From NCBI RefSeq assembly GCF_001194135.2, contig NC_069002.1, positions 12,512,201-12,556,630 of the forward strand: a DNA stretch of 44,430 bases. The letters run 5' to 3'. The notes beneath the pieces are model-generated. The model had not been told where the DNA came from, searched no databases, and saw nothing but the letters and a program-made list of their open reading frames with translations. The position numbers and the translations under genes are program-made. This document shows positions 34,554 to 44,430 of the stretch, piece after piece; within the stretch, counting starts at the first letter, position 1, and every line of letters begins with the position of its first letter. Source of the stretch: Octopus bimaculoides. Its lineage: Eukaryota.

Positions 34554-34668
34554 CTTTATTTATCGACCTCGGAGGGATAAAAGGCAAAGGTAAACCACGG
34601 CTGGATTTGAACTCAAAACAGAATCTAGAATTAAAGCACGCTCTCTTACAACTCTGCCACATCACCAC
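34554..34668 (-). mobile_element. SINE-A-related old fragment
   Basis: TTTATCGACCTCGGAGGGATAAAAGGCAAAGG..GGATTTGAACTCA. Confidence 0.7.
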
Positions 34669-34699
34669 ATCGTTAGAAAAAGAAGAAAAGGAGTCATGA

Positions 34700-35598
34700 T
34701 TGGTGTTCTTGATAATGATGATGATAATGATGTTGATGATGACGACGACAACGGCGACGATGATAATCATGATAATCGTCATTGCTGTTTCCCTGAATCG
34801 TTTTCTACTTGTTTTTGCTGTTATTGTAGTAGTAGTAGTAGTAGTAGTAGTAGTACTGGTGGTGGTGGTGGTAGTTCTACTTGTTTGTTGTTGTCGTAGC
34901 AGCTGCTGCTACTGCTGCTGCTGCTGTTGCTGCCGGCCGCTGCTCATGTCCGCGTCGCCATTATCGTTTGTTATCGACACCAGCGCCACCACCACCGCCA
35001 CCGCCACAATTGTTGCTGTCGTCAACGGACGGCACAGACGCCATGTTCGCTGTTCGTCATTGTTGTTGTTGTTATTGTTGTAGTCGTTAATATTGTTACT
35101 GTTACTGTTGTTGACGTCGTAAAAAAGAAGAAGAAGAGGAAGAAAGAGAATAGAAGGAGGAGGAGGGGGGAAAGTGGAAAAAAAAAGAGAAGCAAATTCA
35201 GCCCCCGCTTCACTTCTAAGCCGCCACAACGCCGCCACCACAGTGTCTCTTCATTGTTGTTGTTCTTGCCGTTGTTGTTACCTCCACCACTACCGCCACT
35301 ACGACTCCAGCAACTGTGATAGTAGCCTTAGTTGTTGTTGTTGTTGTTGTTTTTGATGACGAGGATGGCACCACCTCCGCTGCCGCCTTCAATTGGCAAC
35401 TATAAACGCTGTCTCTTGTACTGACTGCCTCTCTTCGGGGAATGTGGGATCGTCTTGCACAAGATGGACACTTCACTGATAAGCTATATGTAGATGAGTG
35501 TGTATATGTTAATGATATTGTATATATGTGTGTGCGTGTGTGTGCATGTATAAATATCTATCTATCTATATACGTATATATATAGGTATATGTGTGTG

Positions 35599-35629
<31 letters not shown>

Positions 35630-35886
35630 CATACATACATACATACATACATACATACATACATACATACACTACCAATCTTGAGGAATTAAGCTTCTAA
35701 AACCAGAAAGGAGAAAGCTAATTCGAAGACTACAGATACACCCATCATTCGAACTGTAAAAATCTGTAAAACTTTCCAAAGTTTTATCATGTAGATATAC
35801 ATGAGCATGTCTAGGTATGCAACTATATGCATGAGAATACATACATTAAGCAAAACACACAAATCTGCACATATACACACACACAC

Positions 35887-35920
<34 letters not shown>
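34700..35920. repeat. (GAT), (AGT), (GCT), (GTT) and (CATA)n simple-repeat series
   Basis: Directly visible. Confidence 0.85.
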
Positions 35921-35921
<1 letters not shown>

Positions 35922-36185
35922 TATGCCAAAACAATTTACAATGTCATCCGCAAAAAGACTGCCCTGAAATAAACTTAGAAAATCCCTCTGTTATGGAATA
36001 CATTCATAAACACCAAGTCAAGGAATACTGGTGGAATATTCCCATCAAAACTTCATTAAAATGTAAGCATAACGGGCCGGATATTGTTGTTTGGGACAGA
36101 GGGGCAAAGGTATGTACCATCATAGAGGTTAGCTGCCCTGCAGATATAAATATCTCTTTGAAAACCAAAGAAAAAGAGGATATCT
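35921..36185 (+). mobile_element. Restriction-like endonuclease domain fragment of a second non-LTR family, running into a gap
   Basis: AKTIYNVIRKK / DCPEINLE..KEYWWNIPIKTSLKCKHNGPDIVVWDRGAKVCTIIEVSCPADINISLKTKEKEDI: PD..(E)x..P..N...K.EK RLE signature. Confidence 0.88.
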
Positions 36186-37141
36186 NNNNNNNNNNNNNNN
36201 NNNNNNNNNNNNNNNNNNNNNNNNNNNNNNNNNNNNNNNNNNNNNNNNNNNNNNNNNNNNNNNNNNNNNNNNNNNNNNNNNNNNNNNNNNNNNNNNNNNN
36301 NNNNNNNNNNNNNNNNNNNNNNNNNNNNNNNNNNNNNNNNNNNNNNNNNNNNNNNNNNNNNNNNNNNNNNNNNNNNNNNNNNNNNNNNNNNNNNNNNNNN
36401 NNNNNNNNNNNNNNNNNNNNNNNNNNNNNNNNNNNNNNNNNNNNNNNNNNNNNNNNNNNNNNNNNNNNNNNNNNNNNNNNNNNNNNNNNNNNNNNNNNNN
36501 NNNNNNNNNNNNNNNNNNNNNNNNNNNNNNNNNNNNNNNNNNNNNNNNNNNNNNNNNNNNNNNNNNNNNNNNNNNNNNNNNNNNNNNNNNNNNNNNNNNN
36601 NNNNNNNNNNNNNNNNNNNNNNNNNNNNNNNNNNNNNNNNNNNNNNNNNNNNNNNNNNNNNNNNNNNNNNNNNNNNNNNNNNNNNNNNNNNNNNNNNNNN
36701 NNNNNNNNNNNNNNNNNNNNNNNNNNNNNNNNNNNNNNNNNNNNNNNNNNNNNNNNNNNNNNNNNNNNNNNNNNNNNNNNNNNNNNNNNNNNNNNNNNNN
36801 NNNNNNNNNNNNNNNNNNNNNNNNNNNNNNNNNNNNNNNNNNNNNNNNNNNNNNNNNNNNNNNNNNNNNNNNNNNNNNNNNNNNNNNNNNNNNNNNNNNN
36901 NNNNNNNNNNNNNNNNNNNNNNNNNNNNNNNNNNNNNNNNNNNNNNNNNNNNNNNNNNNNNNNNNNNNNNNNNNNNNNNNNNNNNNNNNNNNNNNNNNNN
37001 NNNNNNNNNNNNNNNNNNNNNNNNNNNNNNNNNNNNNNNNNNNNNNNNNNNNNNNNNNNNNNNNNNNNNNNNNNNNNNNNNNNNNNNNNNNNNNNNNNNN
37101 NNNNNNNNNNNNNNNNNNNNNNNNNNNNNNNNNNNNNNNNN

Positions 37142-37452
37142 GACATGTGTAAGGATTTTTGAGCGAGATCGTTGCCAGTGCACCTGGACTGGCTCTTGTG
37201 CGGGTGGCACATAAAATACACCATTTTGAGCGTGGCCGTTGCCAGTACCGCCTGACTGGCCTTCGTGCGGGTGACACGTAAAAGTAGCCACTACACTCTC
37301 AGAGTGGTTGGCGTTAGGAAGGGCATCCAGCTGTAGAAACTTTGCCAAATCAGATTGGAGCCTGGTGTAGCCATCTGGTTTCACCAGTCCTCAGTCAAAT
37401 CGTCCAACCTATGCTAGCATGGAAAGCGGACGTTAAACGATGATGATGATGA

Positions 37453-37453
<1 letters not shown>
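37142..37453 (+). mobile_element. Non-LTR retroelement 3' end (RTE-like tail) with a 67-bp internal tandem unit
   Basis: Units start at 37158 and 37225; GGCGTTAGGAAGGGCATCCAGCTGTAGAAA segment; ends AAACGATGATGATGATGAT. The RTE assignment is from recall. Confidence 0.65.
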
Positions 37454-37488
<35 letters not shown>

Positions 37489-37776
37489 TGTATGTATGTA
37501 TGTTAGTCATCATAAACAATATACGGAGTGGTGTTCATAGACAAATATGGTCGTGAGTGTTGACGTAAAATATTCTTTTCTGACACAATCTTTCAATGAA
37601 TCATTTAATTATATTGTTATCCATGTGAGTTTAATATTCATGCTATTGCACTATATCACACCACTACCGCACTACAACATATACCATGTTATCACAATAT
37701 TATACCACCACCATCACCTCCACAACTTACCATCATCATTACGACCAGCACTATCACCCCAAACCACCAGCACCAC

Positions 37777-38033
37777 CATGATCGTAAGGTCGTGAGTTCG
37801 ATTTCCGCCAGCGGCTTGTGTCCTTGAGCAAGACACTTTATTTCACGTTGCTTCAGTCCACTCAGCTGGCAAAAATGAGTCGTACCTTTAATTCAAAAGA
37901 GCCAGCCTTGTCACGTTTTGTGTCACACTGAATCTCTCTAAGAACTACGTTAAGGGTACATGTGTCTGTGGAGTGCTCAGCCACTTGCGTGTTAATTTCA
38001 CGAGCAAGCTGTTTCGTTGTCCGGATCTACTGG
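37777..38033 (+). mobile_element. SINE-E, 5'-truncated (no A-box)
   Basis: B-box GAGTTCGATTTCC, CORE-like TGTGTCCTTGAGCAAGACACTTTATTTC, then a D-type tail. Confidence 0.88.
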
Positions 38034-38269
38034 GGTAGAGTGTAAATATATAATATGATGAAGCATATGAAAAGAGGAGGCTGGAAAAGTTTTTGGTATT
38101 ATTTATTTACCATTACACATGTTTCATTTATTAATAGGATGTACAAAATTGCACATGCAGGATAAACATGTACGATATTCTTCAGACAAAGAATCAAATA
38201 ATACAAAATTTACATTTGGATAAAGCGTTTATGTATGGTTAGTTATTACTCGGGTGTCGTGTAGATAGT

Positions 38270-38624
38270 TGTTGGCACTCCGTCGGTTACGACTTCGAGG
38301 GTTCCAGTTGATCCGATCAACGGAACAGCCTGCTCACTCCACAAACACGTGTACCCTTAACATAATTCTCGGGGAGATTCAGCGTGACACAGTGTGACAA
38401 GGCTGACCCTTTGAATTACAGGCACAACAGAAACAAGAAGTAAGAGTGAGAGAAAGTTGTGGTGAGAGAGTACAGCAGGGTTCGCCACCATCCCCTGCCG
38501 GAGCCTCGTGGAGCTTTAGGTGTTTTCGCTCAATAAACATGCACAACTCCCAGTCTGGGAATCGAAACCGCGATCCTACTACCGCGAGTCCGCTGCCCTA
38601 ACCACTGGGCCATTGCACCCCTCC
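38270..38624 (-). mobile_element. SINE-D, near full length, with a 12-bp TSD
   Basis: CGTGTAGATAGT at 38258-38269 and 38625-38636; collinear with 11059-11448 apart from a small deletion. Confidence 0.94.
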
Positions 38625-38961
38625 CGTGTAGATAGTAGGGAGAGAATAAAGAACAAATCTAGAAGTACAGCAATGAGACAGAGAGTTAAGGATTGGAGCA
38701 TATACATATCCGATACGCACATATATATAAGGGAGATAAATAAAGCCAGTTCGGCATTCGGAAAGCTGAAGAAGCAACCGTCGAATAGGAAGCGTGTGAA
38801 GTGCAAAATAAAAAAAAAATACAGAGCGGGAGAATTATACACCCTTTTGTATGGATCGAAACCGTGGACATTATACTGCAAACAAGTAAAAGACAAAAAT
38901 CTAAATAAAAATGCTGTATGATTGAGAAACTCTCTTTTGAACGACATGTTTTCATGTTTCT

Positions 38962-38985
38962 CCTTAAGCAAGTGTCTTCTACTCA

Positions 38986-39022
<37 letters not shown>

Positions 39023-39220
39023 CAAATGCTGTGTGAACCACAATCGTTGTACAACCGGCGTTGGTTTGTTTATGTTCCCTAAATAGCTGTTCGTCAAAAG
39101 AAGCTGATAGAATAAGTAGTAGACTAAAAAGAAACATAAAAACTTGTTCGATTTATTCGACTAAGTACTTCAAGGCGGTACCCCAGCATGACCGCAATCG
39201 AATGGCTGAAACAGGTAAAA
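38962..39220 (+). mobile_element. SINE-B, 5'-truncated and diverged
   Basis: CCTTAAGCAAGTGTCTTCTACT, then (CA)n, then the 3' half with the AGGCGGTACCCCAGCATGACCGCA tail. Confidence 0.8.
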
Positions 39221-39353
39221 TGTTTAAAGTTAAAAGATTGATGGTAAAACATCAGAGGCAACCTATGAATGTGCCATGGTGGAAACAGGTTGAGGAAGAA
39301 CCTCATTATTCAGAACTTAAGCCCTCTAAGAATCAAAGTGATATTAATATAAG

Positions 39354-39570
39354 GGTTTCAAATTTTGGTAGAGGACCAAAAGATTTTGTGGGGAAGGGGA
39401 AGTCGATTGAATCGACCCCAGTATTTGACTGGTACTTATTTTACCCATCCCCGAAAGGATGAAAGGCAAAATTGATCTTGGCGGAATTTGAACTCAAAAC
39501 ATAAACGCGGACGAAATGCTGCTAAGCATCTTTGTCCGGCGTGCAAACGGTTCTGCCAGCTTGCCACCTT
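39354..39570 (-). mobile_element. SINE-A, full length
   Basis: Reverse complement of the head, B-box, central segment and TTTGAAACC tail. Confidence 0.92.
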
Positions 39571-39790
39571 AGAAAGGGATTTTTATATAATAAAAACACT
39601 GTTGGTTTGTTTATGTCCAAAATGCGGTGGAAACTCTGTGGTCTCAGATAAATATTCAACTGATAATGGTTTTCTGGGTGGATAAATGAGGGCTGACTGC
39701 GACTGAGAAGATACAATGCTGTTTTTAAACACAAAGGGACTGGACATCAACACTGGGAGCTGGATAACAGCTGGACAGGAACCGGGAAGG

Positions 39791-39836
<46 letters not shown>

Positions 39837-40356
39837 NNNNNNNNNNNNNNNNNNNNNNNNNNNNNNNNNNNNNNNNNNNNNNNNNNNNNNNNNNNNNNNN
39901 NNNNNNNNNNNNNNNNNNAAAAGAAACTGATAGAATAAATACTAGGCTTACAAGAGAATATATATATATATATATATATATATAGGTGTGTGTTTGCGTG
40001 TGTGCATATATTTCGCTGTTGTATAAGAGTGAGGAAGGAAGAGTATCGGCGGGAAAAAGCGAAAACCAGGTGAGCTTTGAATGAAATCCTTTTGCAATTT
40101 TGTTCTGTTCTGCACTGAGTTACCGACACTCCCTTGTCACTCTTCTCGCCTCCGTCAATGCAGTGAACTGGACATAAATCTGTTGAAAAACCAGTAAACA
40201 ACGACGCTTTTGTTCACCAATTGGGATATAAAATAAATATGTACATTATGACATTATATATATGTGTGCGTGTATGTGTGTGTATGTGTGTGTTTGATAA
40301 TATCGATGTCAATGTACGAGTATTTGAATATGTGTATGTATATCTGTCTGTCCGTT

Positions 40357-40426
<70 letters not shown>

Positions 40427-40614
40427 CGTGGATGTAAGTGTATGTGACCAGTGTGTTTCAGACCATGTATATGTATGTAAACTTCTGTGTGTCATTCTGT
40501 ATGCGTATATGTATAGATGTAAACATATTTGTGTGCAAATACATGCACACATACATACAATCATACACATACACAAACAGACACACACACGCAAACAAAC
40601 GCGCGCACACCCGC

Positions 40615-40650
<36 letters not shown>

Positions 40651-41509
40651 CAAGTGTTGTTACTCGCCTGAGCGGACAAGAAAATTGGAGGCAAAAGAAA
40701 CAAATGTCCTGTCTGTATGAAAGGTAAAGAGCAGACCGGGCGCCTAGCTTCTAGGATATTCGTAAAAGGTGGGTTAACTAGGTGTAACTCATGAGAGTTT
40801 GCTGTCGTCTGCCAGTGAGAAATCCTGTCGTCTGCCACAGACAATTGCTTGTCGTCGTCGTCTACGACAGAACAAGGAACATTGAATAGCAATCAAAATT
40901 GCTTCTTTTCTCGCAAAATGTCTTATATATATATATATATATATAAAAAGAAAGAAAACAGTCAAAGAAAGAAAGGAAGAAAGAATAGAAATATAGACAA
41001 GAGGAAGGATTGAAAAAAATGGAGAAAGGGAAAAAAGAAAATAAATGAAGTCAAAAGACTATGAAACTAGTTGTTTTCTCACCCAATTGTAGCCATAGCT
41101 AGGGTGTGAGATCTGAAATTGAGCTTTTTTATGTAATCTAGTCTACGAGTTGTTATTATTACAATTTTCTTTTTTGTGTATATAAAACTTTTAACAAAAC
41201 ATTTACCGGATAAAAATTATTTGTCTATTAGTGACAAAGACCGTTTTATTTTTCTTTTATATAAATTTTATATAAAGAGAAACAGTAAAAAAAATATGGT
41301 GAGGTAACTTGTCTTGTGTATATATTATTACTGCTGAGAATGGCGCCGGGGCACGCTCTTTAGACTTACCGGCATAACTCGGCCGAAATACCGATCCATG
41401 GTTAATATACTTGCTTTGTGGTACCATATTATGTCTTTTAACATAGATATTTATCCCTGAATGGTCTAGGTCGATCAAAATATGGGTTTCAGCTGCTTTA
41501 TTTTTATTG

Positions 41510-42960
41510 CTCGCTGAGGTCAACTTTGCTTTCATCCTTCCGGAGACGATAAGATAAAGGTAAGACCCGTCAACTACTGGAGTCGATGGTATCAACTGAC
41601 CCCCACCTCACGAAATTGTTAGCCTTGTGCTTAATCATTAGAACGTCGGAAAAATTGTTTTGTGATATTTCTTCCGGCTTCTAACATTCTCAGTTCAAAT
41701 CTTATCGAGGTGAACTTTGCCTTTCATCCTTTCGGGCCCGATAAAATAAAGTACCAGTTATATACTGAGACAATGTAATCTACCAACATACTCCTTTTCA
41801 AAATTGATAGCTATTATTATTAGTAACAGGGCAAAGGCGGCGGGGTGGGAGAATCGTTAGCACGCCGGACACGATGCTTAGCGGTATTTCGTTCGTCTTT
41901 ATGTTTTGAGTTCAAATTCCGCGCCGAGGTCGACTTTGCCTTTTATCCTTTCGGGGTTGATAAAATAAGTATCAGTTGAGTACTGGGGTCGGTATAATCG
42001 ACTATCCTCCGCTCCCAAATTCCAGGCCTTGAGCCTATAGTGGAAAGGATTATTACCGACAAGGCATTACGTTTCGAGTTCAAATGTCACTGGGGTCGAT
42101 TTTGCCTTTCATCCTTTCGGTGTCGCTAAAATAAGGTACCAGTTGAAGACTGGGATATAAGCTATTGACTAGCCTCTCCCCACAAAATTTCAGGCCTTGT
42201 GCCTATAGTAGAAAGGATCATTATCATTAAAAGGTGGTGAGCTGGCTGAATCATTAGCACAACGGACGAAATACATTGCAGTATTTCTTACGGCTTTAGG
42301 TTCTGAGTTCAAATTTCGCTGTGGTCGAATTTGCTCTTCAGCTTTTCAAAATCGATCAAATAAGCACCAGTTGAACACTGGTACTTTCCCCCTCCCTTCA
42401 AAAACAAAAACAAAAAAAAACAACAAAAAACAAACAAAGAAACTGCTGATCCTGTCAAAATTTGAAACCATTATTATTATTGAAAGGTAGTGAGCTGGCA
42501 GAACCGGCAGCTCACCGGCAAAGATGCTTAGCGTCATTTCGTCAGTTTTTACGTTCTAAATTCAAATTCTGCCGAGGTCGACTTTGCCTTTCATCCTTTT
42601 GGGGTCGATGAAAGGGGGAGCAGTTTAGCACTGGGGTTGATGTAATCCACTAGCCCCTGCCTTGTGCCTATAGTAGAAAGGATTATTATTATTGTTATTG
42701 AACGGTGGAGAGCTGGCAGAATCGTTAGCGGCATTTCAAGCTCTTTGTCCATATTATTTATTCTTGATGGTTGAGTCGGTAAGGTGGTTGATAAAAGAGA
42801 TAAACAATGCCTTGTATTTAATTGCGTCTAATTCCGTTGTGAGTTCAAATCCTGTCGACGTGGATTTTGCTTCCATAATTCCTGAGATTGACTAAAAATG
42901 CCAGTCAATTACAGAGTTCGATTTAATCGATTGGTTCAAGGGAATTGGTACTAAGATCAC
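41510..42960 (+). mobile_element. Head-to-tail cluster of about 7 SINE-A copies
   Basis: Copies at about 41510-41636, 41672-41810, 41833-42055, 42068-42228, 42229-42481, 42482-42695 and 42700-42960, all on the plus strand and several joined through (ATT)n. Confidence 0.88.
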
Positions 42961-43233
42961 CAATTTCTTAAAATATGGGTGAGCAGATTCAGATGAGTGA
43001 AAGAGTGTTACTAATATCTGGGCGGGGGGTGGGGNNNNNNNNNNNNNNNNNNNNNNNNNNNNNNNNNNNNNNNNNNNNNNNNNNNNNNNNNNNNNNNNNN
43101 NNNNNNNNNNNNNNNNNNNNNNNNNNNNNNNNNNNNNNNNNNNNNNNNNNNNNNNNNNNNNNNNNNNNNNNNNNNNNNNNNNNNNNNNNNNNNNNNNNNN
43201 NNNNNNNNNNNNNNNNNNNNNNNNNNNNNNNNN

Positions 43234-43471
43234 CCCCCCCAGCTGGACGGGATGCCAGACCATCGCAGCGTTACTCAAGAAACAGGAAGAAAGAGTGAGA
43301 GAAAGTTGGGGCGAAAGAGTACAACATGGGTCGCCACCACACCCTGCTGGAGCCTCGTGGAGCTTAGGTGTTTTCGCTCAATAAACACTCACAACGCCCG
43401 GTCTGGGAATCGAAACCGCGATCCTCCGACCGCGAGTCCGCTGCCCTAACCACTGGGCCATTGCGTCTCCA
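43234..43471 (-). mobile_element. SINE-D head and body joined to an F-type tail
   Basis: 43278-43471 matches SINE-D; the minus strand continues TGAGTAACGCTGCGATGGTCTGGCATCCCGTCCAGCTGGGGG, similar to 15806-15837. Confidence 0.85.
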
Positions 43472-43472
43472 T

Positions 43473-43658
43473 TATAGGCATAAAGGCAGCAATTTTGAGT
43501 TGAAGGGGAAGTCGATTGCATTGGTCCCAGTGTTTAACTGATTTTTACTTTGTTGGCTGCGAATGGATGAAAAGTAAAATCGACCTCGGCGCTATTTGAA
43601 CCCAGAAAATAAAGAGCTAGGTCCGGCGCACTAACGATTCTGCCAGCTTGCTCTGCTT
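43473..43658 (-). mobile_element. SINE-A, diverged
   Basis: CTAACGATTCTGCCAGCT head, TTTGAACCCAG B-box region and GGGGAAGTCGATT segment. Confidence 0.85.
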
Positions 43659-43935
43659 CCATCGCGTAATTTATGATAATTCTTTCTACTACAGGCACAA
43701 GGCGCAAATCTTTGTAGAAGAATCAAAGACAAAGTTGGTCTCGGGTGAGATTTGAAGCAGATAATCCACCGATAAATGAAATGTACGCACGCATACAAGC
43801 ATGAATCCATCTTGAGAGCCGGACATCAGAGTAGCACAGAATTTTGGAGCCTGAGTCTCCAGAATGGACGATTAACAAATAACAACATTCGCGAGTTTGA
43901 AATTTCAACAATTTGAGGAAATAGAATCCGGTGCA

Positions 43936-44001
43936 TTGGGAAGAATTATGACTGACCTTTGGGAAGAATTATGACTGACCTTTGGGAAGAATTATGACTG
44001 A
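43936..44001. repeat. 23-bp minisatellite, about 2.9 perfect copies
   Basis: Unit TTGGGAAGAATTATGACTGACCT. Confidence 0.96.
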
Positions 44002-44430
44002 TGTCAAAGACATCAGGACTCGACAGCTGGCTTAGGGTAGTTGATGAAAACTAGTAACTTGGGAGATTCAAAGTGTGAGGCTTCCGGTATAGCATCATAT
44101 CCAAATTGCTGAGTCCATTCTTGCTTTATGGCTTTGCTATGACTCAGATGGAGGCACTGGAGAGATTGTGCGGTAAATTAATGCGAAGGGAGATGAGTGT
44201 TTCATCCTCCACCCCCCTCAATAGCTCAGTCAACCTGAACAGCAACACCCCCTAAACTCTGCTTACTAGTTCCATCATAGAAGCCAGTCTCAAAATAGAA
44301 ACCAATTCCCAAATAGCAAGGAAATGTCACCCAAATCAGAAACCACTGTCTTAAATATATGAAGATGGGTTTGATAAGTCCTGAAAGCAATGTAGTCAAG
44401 AAGAAAGAAAGAAGGGTAGTTATAGAATTG

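Noticed and set aside
41510-42960. CRISPR-like array
   Set aside because: Eukaryotic context; the repeats are diverged 150-250-bp SINE copies without regular unique spacers.
409-44430. Most listed ORFs (YIYI, CVCV, HTHT, poly-T/V/H/G and X-filled frames) as proteins
   Set aside because: They are translations of microsatellites or read through N-gaps, often in several frames and on both strands, with no domain signature.

Overview
Animal non-coding, repeat-saturated window with 16 N-gaps (about 6.4 kb). No intact host protein-coding gene can be supported; almost all listed ORFs are microsatellite translations or run through gaps. The microsatellite load and tRNA-headed SINE families resemble an Octopus draft assembly, which is inference from recall and not a database match. 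Recognisable coding remnants are all decayed transposons: a Penelope-like retroelement (RT thumb plus GIY-YIG), two unrelated restriction-like-endonuclease LINE fragments, two CR1-group LINE 3' ends, a DD37D (maT-type) Tc1/mariner transposase, a hAT transposase C-terminus and two mariner-type end fragments. About 30 SINE copies fall into families given working labels A, B, D, E and F. The main observations are: (1) D/E/F copies form a complete 2x2 matrix of body and tail modules; (2) SINE-B shares its 3' tail with the CR1-group LINE in the same window; (3) two hammerhead-ribozyme-like motifs; (4) an AATA target preference for SINE-A and a head-to-tail pile-up of about 7 copies; (5) an AT-rich island with mitochondrial-looking reading frames; (6) several promoter-like or CTCF-like motif clusters. 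Element boundaries were read by eye and may be off by a few bases.
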